Positions 37,892 to 47,352 of a stretch of DNA of 64,000 nt are shown here, in pieces (position 1 is the stretch's first letter; each line of letters starts with the position of its first letter). This DNA is from Myxococcota bacterium (lineage in GTDB: Bacteria; Myxococcota_A; Polyangia; Polyangiales; Houyiibacteriaceae): assembly GCA_039028875.1 (NCBI GenBank), contig JBCCHE010000024.1, forward strand, positions 3,851 to 67,850. Reading direction: 5' to 3'. A model generated the notes under the pieces. It ran no database searches. It saw only the letters and a program-made list of their open reading frames with translations, and was not told the DNA's origin. A program made the translations under genes and the position numbers.

Positions 37892-38716
37892 GTGAGCGAT
37901 TCGGGGGCAACGCTGATCGCGTGGACGCTGGCCGGGGCGCTCCTAGGGGCCGTCCTCGCAATACCGCAACCGGTTGCCCCATGGGAGATGCCAAGCCTCG
38001 TCCTCGACCGTGGGGCGGTCGCCGCCTCGGTGCGACAGAACGAGGAGCTTTCGTCGGGACTCACCGACGGCGAAGAGATCGGTCGCCTTCAAGCGCTGTT
38101 CATCGCCCACGGGCTGGCCGAGATCAACCCACCCTACGCGCGAGCCGACTACGACACCCGGCAGGCCGAAGTACACCATGCGCTCGAAGCCTTGGAGCGC
38201 CGAGCAGGCCCTCAGGCCTTTGCTGCGCTGCGGGCGCGGGCGGTCGAGGACTTCATGGAGGCGTTCCCTGACGCAAGCCGCCAGCCCGAGGGCGACGCCG
38301 AGAGCGGCATGCTGGGTGGCTTTGGCCAAATCTTGGACCGATACGGCGCGGTCGTCGAAGGGGTCCTGGTCGCTCCACCCATGACGGTACGCGCCATGTA
38401 CAAGGCACGGTGGAACTTGATCCATCGCAACCAAGCCACCAACGGGTTTTCGAAGATCGAGGAACAGGCCTATTGGGGATGGCTCGCTCTGCACGGTTGG
38501 GGGGTCCCGGTCGCCGAAAGGATCGATGCACTCAAGCGATACGAAGACGCGGGCGGCCGCAACGCCGCAGAGGCCGCAGCCCTGTTCGACCTGCTCGAAC
38601 GGCGCCCGGGGCGAGCGGCCAGGCTTCTCGAAACGCTCTACGAGCAGGAGCACCAGCTACGGCTTCGCAACCTGGCACTCGGTGCACTGGCGGCCGTTCC
38701 ACCGCGTTCGCCCTGA
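37892..38716 (+). CDS. Hypothetical exported helical protein
   Basis: N-terminal hydrophobic segment; fills the gap between moaDE and pssA; no motif recognised. Confidence 0.6.
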   Translation: MSDSGATLIAWTLAGALLGAVLAIPQPVAPWEMPSLVLDRGAVAASVRQNEELSSGLTDGEEIGRLQALFIAHGLAEINPPYARADYDTRQAEVHHALEALERRAGPQAFAALRARAVEDFMEAFPDASRQPEGDAESGMLGGFGQILDRYGAVVEGVLVAPPMTVRAMYKARWNLIHRNQATNGFSKIEEQAYWGWLALHGWGVPVAERIDALKRYEDAGGRNAAEAAALFDLLERRPGRAARLLETLYEQEHQLRLRNLALGALAAVPPRSP

Positions 38717-38796
38717 GTTCGGACGCGAGGTGGACATCAAAAACGCCATCTCGTAGCCTATGACCTCGCCTAAATGCAGCAAGTGATGGATACCCG

Positions 38797-39576
38797 GTGA
38801 AAGTAGACCTGAGGAAGAGCCTCTTCATCCTCCCCAACTTGTTCACGCTGTGCAGCGTGCTCTGTGGGTACTACGCCATCTTGATCTGTTCGGGCCAGCC
38901 GACCGGCGAGGACTTCTACCGTGCTGCACTTCTCATTATCTTCGCTCTGTTCTTCGACACGATCGATGGACGCGTCGCGCGCCTCACCAAGACCCAAACG
39001 GCCATCGGAGTTCAGCTCGACTCCCTTGCCGATATCGTGTCGTTCGGTGTCGCGCCTGCAATCCTCGTCTATCACTGGTCGCTCGAGGAGCTAGGTACGG
39101 CAGGTATGTTGGTCGGGTTCGTGTTTGTTGGGACCGGCGCCATCAGGCTCGCCCGCTTCAACGTCACGTCAACTGGCGACGACGGGCAGCCCCACGCGCC
39201 TGGGAAGTACACGCAAGGCATGCCGATCCCAGCGGCGGCGGCGATCCTCATCTCGATCGTGGTCGCGAACACGCTCACTGGGAAGCTGCCGTTTTCGCCG
39301 TTCATCATTTCGACGTTGGTTGTGGCGCTCTCGTTCTTCATGGTGAGCCCGATGCCTTTCCGCTCCTTCAAAGACCTCCGTCTTTCGTGGCGTACCGTAC
39401 TCTTCATCTCGACCGCGCTTGCCGTCACCATATGGATCGCGCTTCGGTACCACCCTTCGATGGCTTTGGTCTGGTTGCTTTCCGCGTATGTCGTAATCGG
39501 GATCGTGGAGAGCCTCTTCGCATTGATGACACGCGCGCGAGTCGCCGCGGGCAAAGCGCGGCACCGTTCCACGTGA
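38797..39576 (+). CDS. pssA: CDP-diacylglycerol--serine O-phosphatidyltransferase
   Basis: LPNLFT, DTIDGRVAR...G.QLDSLADIVSFGVAP, RLARFN, GMPIP. Confidence 0.93.
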   Translation: MKVDLRKSLFILPNLFTLCSVLCGYYAILICSGQPTGEDFYRAALLIIFALFFDTIDGRVARLTKTQTAIGVQLDSLADIVSFGVAPAILVYHWSLEELGTAGMLVGFVFVGTGAIRLARFNVTSTGDDGQPHAPGKYTQGMPIPAAAAILISIVVANTLTGKLPFSPFIISTLVVALSFFMVSPMPFRSFKDLRLSWRTVLFISTALAVTIWIALRYHPSMALVWLLSAYVVIGIVESLFALMTRARVAAGKARHRST

Positions 39577-39578
39577 GG

Positions 39579-41195
39579 TCAGGGGTTCTCGTAGACTGAG
39601 ATGATCGGTACCCCGTCGTAGGTGAGTACGTGAACCGGCTTCGGGGATCCCGAAGAAACCCAGGCCTGATAGTCGACTTCACGGAAGTGCGCCTCGTGAT
39701 GGACGAGGATCAGATCGGCTTGGGCCATCGACCTCGCTGGGACGATGTTGTCTGGGATCAGGCCGTCGGCCTGCATCATCTTCCATGCGCCGGAGGTCGT
39801 ATCGCCGATCCACACGGAGCCACCCTCGGGGAGCCTTTCGGTGAGCCACGACGCGAGGCTACCGGTGGTGAATCCCCAGAACTGCCGGTTCATCCCGAGG
39901 TCGGCTGCCCCAGGGGTCCCGCCCGCGACCGGTCCGTAGTGCGAAAGGCCAAAGGGATGGCTGTGGGCGGCTTGGGTCACGCCCGGTGCAAGGCACAAGC
40001 AGAACAACAGCACCTGCTGGAACCTGGGGAGCGCGTTCGCAAGGCTCCCAGCGGTCCCGAACAACGAGACGAGCCCGCGTCCCGACCAAAGCGCGAGGAA
40101 CGGGTACGCTGTGATCCAATGCTTGGTGCCGCCGAAGATCGGCGTCGACGGAAGCGCGATCGCGACGAGGGGCGCGATCAGACATCCGACCCATAGGACT
40201 TCGACCCGGGTGTCTTGGGAATCGCTCGGACCCGGCCGCCAGCGCGGCGCGAGCTCCCGTCGGCGAACGGCGAGGCCGACGGTTGCAAGCGCGATAACCG
40301 TCAGAGGAACCGTGAACAGCGTCATCACGAAAGGGACCGAGACCGGAAGTGGTGGCTCGAAGTAGCTGACGCCAAAGTACTCGTAAGTGTAGTGAACGTG
40401 CTGAAGATGGAATCGAACGTAGGCGCCGATGCGGTTCCAGGAGTCGAACCAGACCCAAGGCCATGACGCGACGAACACGACGGGACCGAGTACCAACATC
40501 GCGGGCAACCACGACAGCGATGGTCGCAACGAGCGCCCGTGACGAGCATCTTGCGCCCGCACCCACCCGTAGTGGATCGCAAAGATGGCCGGTAGCATCC
40601 AACTGTTGTGCTTGGTCGCCAACGCCAGGCCGAAGCAAAGGCCGGTGAGAGGCGCCCAGCGGCGATCGGTCAGGCTCCGCCAGTAGGTGTACGCAGTGAG
40701 CGTGACGAAGAACGCGATCGCGACGTCAAATGCCGCCAGGTGGGCATGGTAGAAAACCCGAGGCATGCTCGCGAAGGCGAGCGAGGCGAAGAGAGCGCCG
40801 CGCACACCGAACACCACCGTCCCCCAGGCGAAGATCAGCCAAAGAAGAAGGCCTGCGGTCACGATACCCGGGAACCGAATTGCGAGGGACGCCGAAGAGA
40901 ATAGCCCGAGCGTTTCGTGAGCCAGCCAACTCCAGGCGAACATGAGTTTCATTAAGGCGGGATGCTCCCAATTGTACCGCCAGGCCTCGTCGATGCTCGC
41001 ACGGGTCAACGCAAGACTCGGGTCGGAGAACACCTGCGCAATCCAGCGACCATAGTACTCCGCCGCCTGGGCGTAGAAACTCTCGTCGCGCGACATCGCC
41101 AAGTCGGACGAGGTCCATACGAGGATCATCGCGTATCCCGCAAAGACGGAGGCCCCGATCCACCACTCCGAACGCGTGAGGCGTCTTGGACTCAT
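39579..41195 (-). CDS. GT-C (PMT/ArnT-like) membrane glycosyltransferase
   Basis: SRDESFY, EHPALMK, LAAFD, GLALATKHN, many TMs; start 41195 overlaps the upstream stop (ATGA). Confidence 0.85.
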   Translation of the reverse strand: MSPRRLTRSEWWIGASVFAGYAMILVWTSSDLAMSRDESFYAQAAEYYGRWIAQVFSDPSLALTRASIDEAWRYNWEHPALMKLMFAWSWLAHETLGLFSSASLAIRFPGIVTAGLLLWLIFAWGTVVFGVRGALFASLAFASMPRVFYHAHLAAFDVAIAFFVTLTAYTYWRSLTDRRWAPLTGLCFGLALATKHNSWMLPAIFAIHYGWVRAQDARHGRSLRPSLSWLPAMLVLGPVVFVASWPWVWFDSWNRIGAYVRFHLQHVHYTYEYFGVSYFEPPLPVSVPFVMTLFTVPLTVIALATVGLAVRRRELAPRWRPGPSDSQDTRVEVLWVGCLIAPLVAIALPSTPIFGGTKHWITAYPFLALWSGRGLVSLFGTAGSLANALPRFQQVLLFCLCLAPGVTQAAHSHPFGLSHYGPVAGGTPGAADLGMNRQFWGFTTGSLASWLTERLPEGGSVWIGDTTSGAWKMMQADGLIPDNIVPARSMAQADLILVHHEAHFREVDYQAWVSSGSPKPVHVLTYDGVPIISVYENP

Positions 41196-42130
41196 CGCTC
41201 GACCTGCCTGTTTCGGGTTGACGCGGACCAGCAGAAGGTGCGCGCGGCAGGGTTCGGTGTCGTTGTCTCGAAACGAACCTCGCGGCCGCTCCCCGCAAAC
41301 CGGGACGTGTCGATTTCGAGGCGCGTCCAGCCGGTCCGATCTCGATGTCGGAGTTCGCCTGCCAACCGGCCGTCGATGAAGACTCGGAGAAGTACCGGGC
41401 TTCGACCCTCGCGTCGGTCGTTGTTGTAGTCGAGCGCGCCTTCGACGACGAGCGTATCGCCAAGCGGCACGTGTTCGAAGCGGGTGCGGACGGGCTCGGT
41501 CCCTGCCGGATGCTGCCAGACGCAACGTCTCGGCAAGAGCTCAAGGTCGGCCGCCACCGTCGCACCAACCCAAAGCCAGGGTTGTCTTCGATCGCAGACG
41601 AATCGCCCGGCGGGTGCCAGCGGACCACGGCCAAGCCCACCCCGAGCGGGGGGCGCATCGCGCCAGGCGCAGAAACGAACCTCATCCCCGTCCACCCAAG
41701 TCACCTCCGCGTTGGCGACTTGCTCAACGAAATCGAACACGAGCGCGTCCGTCGAGACAGGCCAGCGGCGAACTCGAACCCCACCGAAGTGCGCCTCTAC
41801 CGCGGGCTCGTCTGTCCTCGCGGAATGCGCTCTGATCGACACCTCCCAGAGCCGCGACGCGCCCGCCAGATCGTCTTCGGACGCAGTCCGTAGGGTGAGC
41901 AGGTCGCCCAACTCGGCGCGAACCAGGGGCGAGGTCCACCGAGGGGTCGCGACGATACGATCACCTGGCTCGAAACCCGAACGTACGAAATCCGTCGCCT
42001 CGCGCCATTGCGGCTCTGTCGGAATGGAGGCGCTGATCGCCCAAGGCGAGATCAGCTCGAAGAGCGCGACCGCGACGATCGCGAATCGGGCCCACCGCGC
42101 GACGATCGGTTTCGAGGTTGCCTCAGCCAC
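41192..42130 (-). CDS. Hypothetical membrane-anchored protein with a beta-sandwich C-terminus
   Basis: N-terminal TM; Cys pairs; VLLRVFIDG...GWTRLEIDTS...VRFE; coupled to the GT-C gene. Confidence 0.65.
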   Translation of the reverse strand: MAEATSKPIVARWARFAIVAVALFELISPWAISASIPTEPQWREATDFVRSGFEPGDRIVATPRWTSPLVRAELGDLLTLRTASEDDLAGASRLWEVSIRAHSARTDEPAVEAHFGGVRVRRWPVSTDALVFDFVEQVANAEVTWVDGDEVRFCAWRDAPPARGGLGRGPLAPAGRFVCDRRQPWLWVGATVAADLELLPRRCVWQHPAGTEPVRTRFEHVPLGDTLVVEGALDYNNDRREGRSPVLLRVFIDGRLAGELRHRDRTGWTRLEIDTSRFAGSGREVRFETTTPNPAARTFCWSASTRNRQVER

Positions 42131-42156
42131 ACTGGCAGATGCTATCAGTGCTCAGA

Positions 42157-44580
42157 TCATTCCGCAGCAAAGCACGTGAACTCGAACGCCCAACCCTCGA
42201 GCTCAGGTGTCGCAAGCAGATCGGCCGATGGGTTGAGCATCGCGGTGATCTCGATCAGGAGTAACCCATCCGACATGCCATCGGCGATGAGCTCGGAACG
42301 GATGTCGAGGGTGGTGTCGGTCGTGTCGGTGGGGATGATGATGCTCGCTGGCGTCGCCATCTCGAGTTCGGCCTCGGTGTCGGCGGTGCGAATCTGGAAC
42401 TCGATGGTCGACCCCGCAGGCGTGTTGCCCGTCCAGGTGAGAGACCCCCAACTCGGGCGCTCGGGCGGAACGTTGCAGCGATCGAGGCTGTCGTAGGTGT
42501 TGCGGTAGAAGTTGTCTTCGGGAACGGCCGCGAACTCGTGGGCGGCCGCGTCTGGAACCAGCACACGGACGGGGATTCGCTCGACCTCGACGACATCGTC
42601 GGCGGTCACGACCAGCTCGAAGTCGAACACCTGGGATGTCGCGATGGGCGGGACGATCTCGTTGAGCAGCCGGAGCTCGAAATCGAGAGGCGCCCCGGGC
42701 TCACACCTGAGGCACCGATCGTCCATCTGCATCTCGCAGGTGAAGTCGAAGGCCTCGGTATCCAGGGCGCAGTTGCTTGGCCCGAGTTCTTGCACAAACG
42801 CGGTCTCGTCGATTCCGGACGCATCGTTGTCGAGCTCGGCGACCCGAATGTCATAGAAGCTGTCGTCGATGATTCGTCGAACGGTGTTGATGACCTGGGC
42901 ATCGAGCCCTTCACCGCCGGACGTGGCGACGTTGCCGACCCATGGGTCGTCCGTCTTGCCCACGGCTCCGGTGGCCATCGCCATCTCGCGGACATCGAGG
43001 TCGGCCTCGTTTGGAACCATGTCGCGGGGTGAGACGACGCTGGCGACCCGGATATCCGCGTCGATCAGGGCGGTCTCGGTGTCGACCCAGGTCACCGGAA
43101 CGTCAGCGGTCGTCCACGTGACGTCCGCCGGATCGTCATCATTGAGGATCGAGATGCTGAACGCACCCTTCGGGTCCGGGTTGCCCATGCCGCCGCCGGC
43201 GACCTGCGCGTCATGCACGAGGTAGTACTGCTGCCCGGCCATCGGGATCCAAGCGAGGCGGCCCCAGAACATCGGTGCCACTGGCGGCATCATCCCGTCG
43301 CCGCCGTTGCAACCGATGGCGGGTGGCATCGGCGGGTCGCCCGAGGGTGGGGCATCGAAGAGCGCCAGGTTGGCCGAGTAGTGCGTGTTGTCCGCCTGAA
43401 GGCGAACATCGGTGAGTGGCGGCGTGTCCAATCGAAAGGTGACGACCGCATCGCGATTGTCGTCCGCGGCGAAAGGCGGATCGCCGGGCGTGCAGCCAGT
43501 GGCGCCCATCGTGGACGCGAAGTCGGTGAGGAGCGTGCTCATGCCCATCAGCGTGAGGGAACGACCGGAAAGGTCTCCCAAGTCGAGGGCGGTTCCGTCG
43601 TCGTCGGCCAGGAGAAGGCCGGGCTCCATCGTCACTGGGGGCAGCGCCATCGACCCGGGCTCGGGGGTCAAGGCGTAGATTGGGCTGGCCGGGCGTGGGC
43701 CGTTCGCGATCTCGGCGTCGGTGAGGGTGAGAACGACCCGGAGCACGTCCGGGCGGAAACAGGGAAAGCCCACCGTGTCGGCGGGACACCCCTCCCGGTT
43801 GGGAACGTAACCGCCCAAGCCCTGGCCCGTCGCCGTCGCGTACAACGACTGAGAGAGCGCCGACGTGTCGCTCAACCGTTCGAGGCCGTTGAGCGTACTC
43901 ACAGCCGATTCGAAGAGCGCCACGTCCGAGGTGAGGTCGACGATGTGATGATAGGGCGCCTGTGATTCGACCATGGCAAGAACGCCGTCGGGGTACTCTC
44001 GGGATATGCCGAGGCCGAACCGTACGTCGGCGAACGCCGAAGCGATGTCGGCGACGATCGTCGAGATCTCAGTCTGGAGTTCGGCAATCTCTTCGCTCAT
44101 CGTCACGTTCGCATCGACCAAGAAGTAGAGGTCGATGGCGGGAATGTCGGCCGTGGTAGGAACCGTCGCGATGCGAAGGGCGGCGTCGGTGCCGGACGGA
44201 TCGTAGAAGAGGGTGCGGTAGACCCCGTCGTCTGAAGCGTCACCGTCACAGGGGGCCCGAAAGCCGGGTTGGCCAAGGCACTCGTCCGCGGCATCTGGCA
44301 CCCCGTCACCGTCCTCATCGGGCAGGGCGCTCACGCGATCGATGACCAGGCTCCCGCGTTCGTCAGAGAACCGAAGGCCGGCGGAGTTGTCGGGGGTGAG
44401 GTCACCTTGTGTTGGGAAGTCCATGCTGATCGAGCAGTCGGGACGTTCGGGCGAGCACTCGATGGGCGGATCGATCACGGCGTTCTGGCTATCGTCGACC
44501 CCGACGCCCGCACACGCGACGGCGAGGCTGATCGACGCAACCCACACGGCGCGGGAGATCGACTTTGGTATGGAATTCAT
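42157..44580 (-). CDS. Large acidic lipoprotein with a VWA-like domain
   Basis: Lipobox LAVAC; DEDGDGVPDAADEC Ca-binding repeat; IDLYFLVDANVTM, VRFGLG, GFPCFRP, LTLTDA; start 44580 inferred. Confidence 0.75.
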   Translation of the reverse strand: MNSIPKSISRAVWVASISLAVACAGVGVDDSQNAVIDPPIECSPERPDCSISMDFPTQGDLTPDNSAGLRFSDERGSLVIDRVSALPDEDGDGVPDAADECLGQPGFRAPCDGDASDDGVYRTLFYDPSGTDAALRIATVPTTADIPAIDLYFLVDANVTMSEEIAELQTEISTIVADIASAFADVRFGLGISREYPDGVLAMVESQAPYHHIVDLTSDVALFESAVSTLNGLERLSDTSALSQSLYATATGQGLGGYVPNREGCPADTVGFPCFRPDVLRVVLTLTDAEIANGPRPASPIYALTPEPGSMALPPVTMEPGLLLADDDGTALDLGDLSGRSLTLMGMSTLLTDFASTMGATGCTPGDPPFAADDNRDAVVTFRLDTPPLTDVRLQADNTHYSANLALFDAPPSGDPPMPPAIGCNGGDGMMPPVAPMFWGRLAWIPMAGQQYYLVHDAQVAGGGMGNPDPKGAFSISILNDDDPADVTWTTADVPVTWVDTETALIDADIRVASVVSPRDMVPNEADLDVREMAMATGAVGKTDDPWVGNVATSGGEGLDAQVINTVRRIIDDSFYDIRVAELDNDASGIDETAFVQELGPSNCALDTEAFDFTCEMQMDDRCLRCEPGAPLDFELRLLNEIVPPIATSQVFDFELVVTADDVVEVERIPVRVLVPDAAAHEFAAVPEDNFYRNTYDSLDRCNVPPERPSWGSLTWTGNTPAGSTIEFQIRTADTEAELEMATPASIIIPTDTTDTTLDIRSELIADGMSDGLLLIEITAMLNPSADLLATPELEGWAFEFTCFAAE

Positions 44581-44596
44581 TGTGAAATAGCTCACA
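44581..44596. promoter_or_regulatory. CRP/FNR-family box
   Basis: TGTGA-AATAGC-TCACA, a perfect TGTGA-N6-TCACA, in an AT-rich spacer directly before the VWA gene start. Confidence 0.65.
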
Positions 44597-44642
44597 CAGA
44601 GAAGAGGATTACAGTACAGGAAATTGGTCTTGGGGTTAAGGG

Positions 44643-45659
44643 CTACATCGCCGCCCCGGGGATACACGCAGGTGGGGCGCCCGACCGGCTCGAGGCACAG
44701 ACTTGTTGCAACGGGCAGTCGCGTGAGTCGACGCAGCTACCACCCGGCAATACGCATTCGAACCGAGCGTCGCCCCAGAGGTCTGTGCAGACAAAACCGT
44801 CCGCGCAGTCCTGCTCAGACGCACAGAGTCCGAACTGGCCACAGGGGGCGCCGGTTCCTTGTTCTGTGAGCTCGCACACGGGAAGATCGGGAGACGTGCA
44901 TTGTGAGTTGTCGCACGAACCTTCACCAGGCACCCCCGGGTCGGACGGCGCCATGCACTCCATCTGACCGTCACCATCGGCATCTCCGCAAAGAACGCCG
45001 AGCTCCTGGCAATCGATGTTGGCGGTGCATGGTTGGGTGACTCGGCGACAGAAGCGTTGGTCGGGAGTTGGCGCACGACACGCGTATCCGTGAGGACAGT
45101 CGCTCGTGGTCGCGCAAGGGACGCGTCGATCGACGCACGCGCCGTCCTCACACGCGAACCCAACCACGCAGTCACTCGAGCTCAAGCAACCCGGTTCGAG
45201 ACGAAGGCACCGATCGGCCTCCGGGTCGCACGCGTAGAGCGGATCGCCACATTCCCCGTCGACGCAGCGACCGCCCGGCGCCGTGAAGCACCGCTTGAGA
45301 TCGTCGCACCCGGTCGCAAGGCAGAGCTCCCCGATCGCGCAACCATCATCGTCTTCACAAAGTCCGGCGGGATCTGGACACGATGGACAAAGCGCCGTTG
45401 TCCCGCAGGCAGGCTCCGGAGGACCACCGTCAGGGCCAGCGTCGGGCCCGGCGTCCGGGACGCCTCCGTCGGGACCGCCATCCGGCGACCCGCCGTCTGG
45501 CTGAGGCCCGGCATCCGGGCCGCCATCGGTCATGGCAGGCGGTGCGGCGTCACCACAGCCGACCACCGCCGCAGCGGCCAGCAGAACGTAAGCAAAGAAA
45601 CGCACGAAAGTACCAAGAAGCGCAGCGGGCCGCCGCGCTCGGGCGAAGCGTAGCGCCAC
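44643..45659 (-). CDS. Cysteine-rich repeat lipoprotein
   Basis: Lipobox VVGC; DGGP/DAGP linker; repeated C-x4-DC-x2-G-x2-C units. Confidence 0.8.
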   Translation of the reverse strand: MALRFARARRPAALLGTFVRFFAYVLLAAAAVVGCGDAAPPAMTDGGPDAGPQPDGGSPDGGPDGGVPDAGPDAGPDGGPPEPACGTTALCPSCPDPAGLCEDDDGCAIGELCLATGCDDLKRCFTAPGGRCVDGECGDPLYACDPEADRCLRLEPGCLSSSDCVVGFACEDGACVDRRVPCATTSDCPHGYACRAPTPDQRFCRRVTQPCTANIDCQELGVLCGDADGDGQMECMAPSDPGVPGEGSCDNSQCTSPDLPVCELTEQGTGAPCGQFGLCASEQDCADGFVCTDLWGDARFECVLPGGSCVDSRDCPLQQVCASSRSGAPPACIPGAAM

Positions 45660-45761
45660 TGCCCCGAGATCGCACGGGGTCCGAAGGGTGCCTGGATTTC
45701 CCTAGCGAGTTCGGGAGGCTAGGCGCTTGACCCCTCCGACAAGAGGCCCAACGTTTCGAAT

Positions 45762-47168
45762 ATGCGGCCGGTGGACAGCGCGCTCCTGGCGATCGAACGG
45801 AGCTGTGGGAGCGGCTCCGTGATCGTCGATCAAGACGTTCGGGAGGCCTACGCTGGGGACGCGAGCGAAACCACTCCGTGCATCCCGGAAGCGATCGTCC
45901 GGGCGAGAAGCACGGAAGACGTGTCGCAGGTGATGCGCGCCGCGAGCGAGCACGAAGTCCCGGTGACCCCGCGAGGCGGTGGCACTGGCCGCGTCGGCGG
46001 CGCCGTTCCAGTCCGTGGCGGAATCGTGCTCGCGTTCGAAAAGATGGGGGCACTCAAAGACATCGACCGTGCCGAGCTGACCGCGCGCGTCCAGCCGGGC
46101 CTGATCACGGGCCAACTCAAAGAGGCGGTGGCCCATGAACGACTCTACTATCCGCCCGACCCCAACTCGCGCGATGCCTGCTCGATCGGTGGCAACCTCG
46201 CGGCCAACGCCGGCGGGCCCCGTGCTTTCAAGTACGGCGTCACAAGGGAGTACGTCCTTGGGATGGATGTCGTACTCGCCGACGGAACCGTGCTCCGACT
46301 CGGTCACGAAACCAAGAAGGGCGTCACTGGATACGATCTGACGGCACTCATGATCGGAAGCGAAGGCACCCTTGGCATCGTGACCGAAGCCACGGTTCGA
46401 CTGATTCCGAAGCCCGAGTCGACCGTGACCCTTCTCGCGTGCTTCGGCCATCTCGACGACATCGCACCGGCGGTGAGTGCGCTTCTCGCGCAAGGGCGAA
46501 CGCCGGCATGCATCGAACTCCTCGACTCCGAGGCGATACGCATCGTTCGACCGGAAGCCGGGCTAACCTTGCCCAGCGAAACGAACGCGATTCTGCTGCT
46601 TGAACTGGACGGTGAAGTGAAGCGCCTCGAAGAGGACCTCGAAGTGTGCGGAAACACGCTCACCGAACTCGGTGCGCTCGAGGTTCTCGTGGCCCAAACC
46701 AGCAACGAGCGCGAGCGCCTGTGGGCATCCCGGCGTGAGCTCAGCTACAGCTTGCGACGCCAAGCGAAGAACAAGCTTTCCGAAGACGTCGTGGTCCCGC
46801 GAACACGCATGGCGGACTTGCTACGCACTTGCGCCGAACTGTCCGAGGAAACTGGGCTTGTCGTGCCCACTTATGGACACGCTGGGGATGGGAACTTACA
46901 CGTCAACTTCCTCTGGGACGACCCCGAGCAAAAAGGAGATGTCGATCGCGCGATCGGGCGTTTGTTCCAACGGGTCGTCGAGCTGAGGGGCACGTTGAGC
47001 GGGGAACACGGCATTGGAGTGCTCAAAGCGCCTTACCTGCCGGTCGAACAATCCCCCGCGCTCATCGACCTGCAGCAACGTATCAAACATGTCTTCGATC
47101 CGAAGCACATCCTGAACCCCGGCAAGATCTTCCCCGCCGATGCACGCCGGTTCCATGGCGCTTGCTAG
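45762..47168 (+). CDS. FAD-linked oxidase, GlcD/D-lactate dehydrogenase family
   Basis: PRGGGTG, YPPDPNS...SIGGN, GYDLT..MIGSEGTLG, GHAGDGNLH, SGEHGIG, LNPGK. Confidence 0.92.
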   Translation: MRPVDSALLAIERSCGSGSVIVDQDVREAYAGDASETTPCIPEAIVRARSTEDVSQVMRAASEHEVPVTPRGGGTGRVGGAVPVRGGIVLAFEKMGALKDIDRAELTARVQPGLITGQLKEAVAHERLYYPPDPNSRDACSIGGNLAANAGGPRAFKYGVTREYVLGMDVVLADGTVLRLGHETKKGVTGYDLTALMIGSEGTLGIVTEATVRLIPKPESTVTLLACFGHLDDIAPAVSALLAQGRTPACIELLDSEAIRIVRPEAGLTLPSETNAILLLELDGEVKRLEEDLEVCGNTLTELGALEVLVAQTSNERERLWASRRELSYSLRRQAKNKLSEDVVVPRTRMADLLRTCAELSEETGLVVPTYGHAGDGNLHVNFLWDDPEQKGDVDRAIGRLFQRVVELRGTLSGEHGIGVLKAPYLPVEQSPALIDLQQRIKHVFDPKHILNPGKIFPADARRFHGAC

Positions 47169-47269
47169 TACACGCGGTGTGCGCCGCTGTGGGTTGACCC
47201 CTACACCGGTGACGTCCGCACATGACTAGCCAGGGGCCGACGTTCTCGCATAGCTTGGTCGTTGCCGGG

Positions 47270-47350
47270 ATGCGCCAGAAGTTGGAAACCACCGCCTACG
47301 TTGCGGCGTTCGTCCTTGCGTTCGCGCTCGTGTTCAAGTTGTTCGTCTAA
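47270..47350 (+). CDS. Candidate small membrane protein (26 aa; 42 aa from ATG 47222)
   Basis: MRQKLETTAYVAAFVLAFALVFKLFV*: single hydrophobic helix with GC3-rich codons; below the ORF track cut-off. Confidence 0.4.
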   Translation: MRQKLETTAYVAAFVLAFALVFKLFV

Positions 47351-47352
47351 CG

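Noticed and set aside
45420-45535. GC-rich direct repeats
   Set aside because: Coding DGGP/DAGP linker
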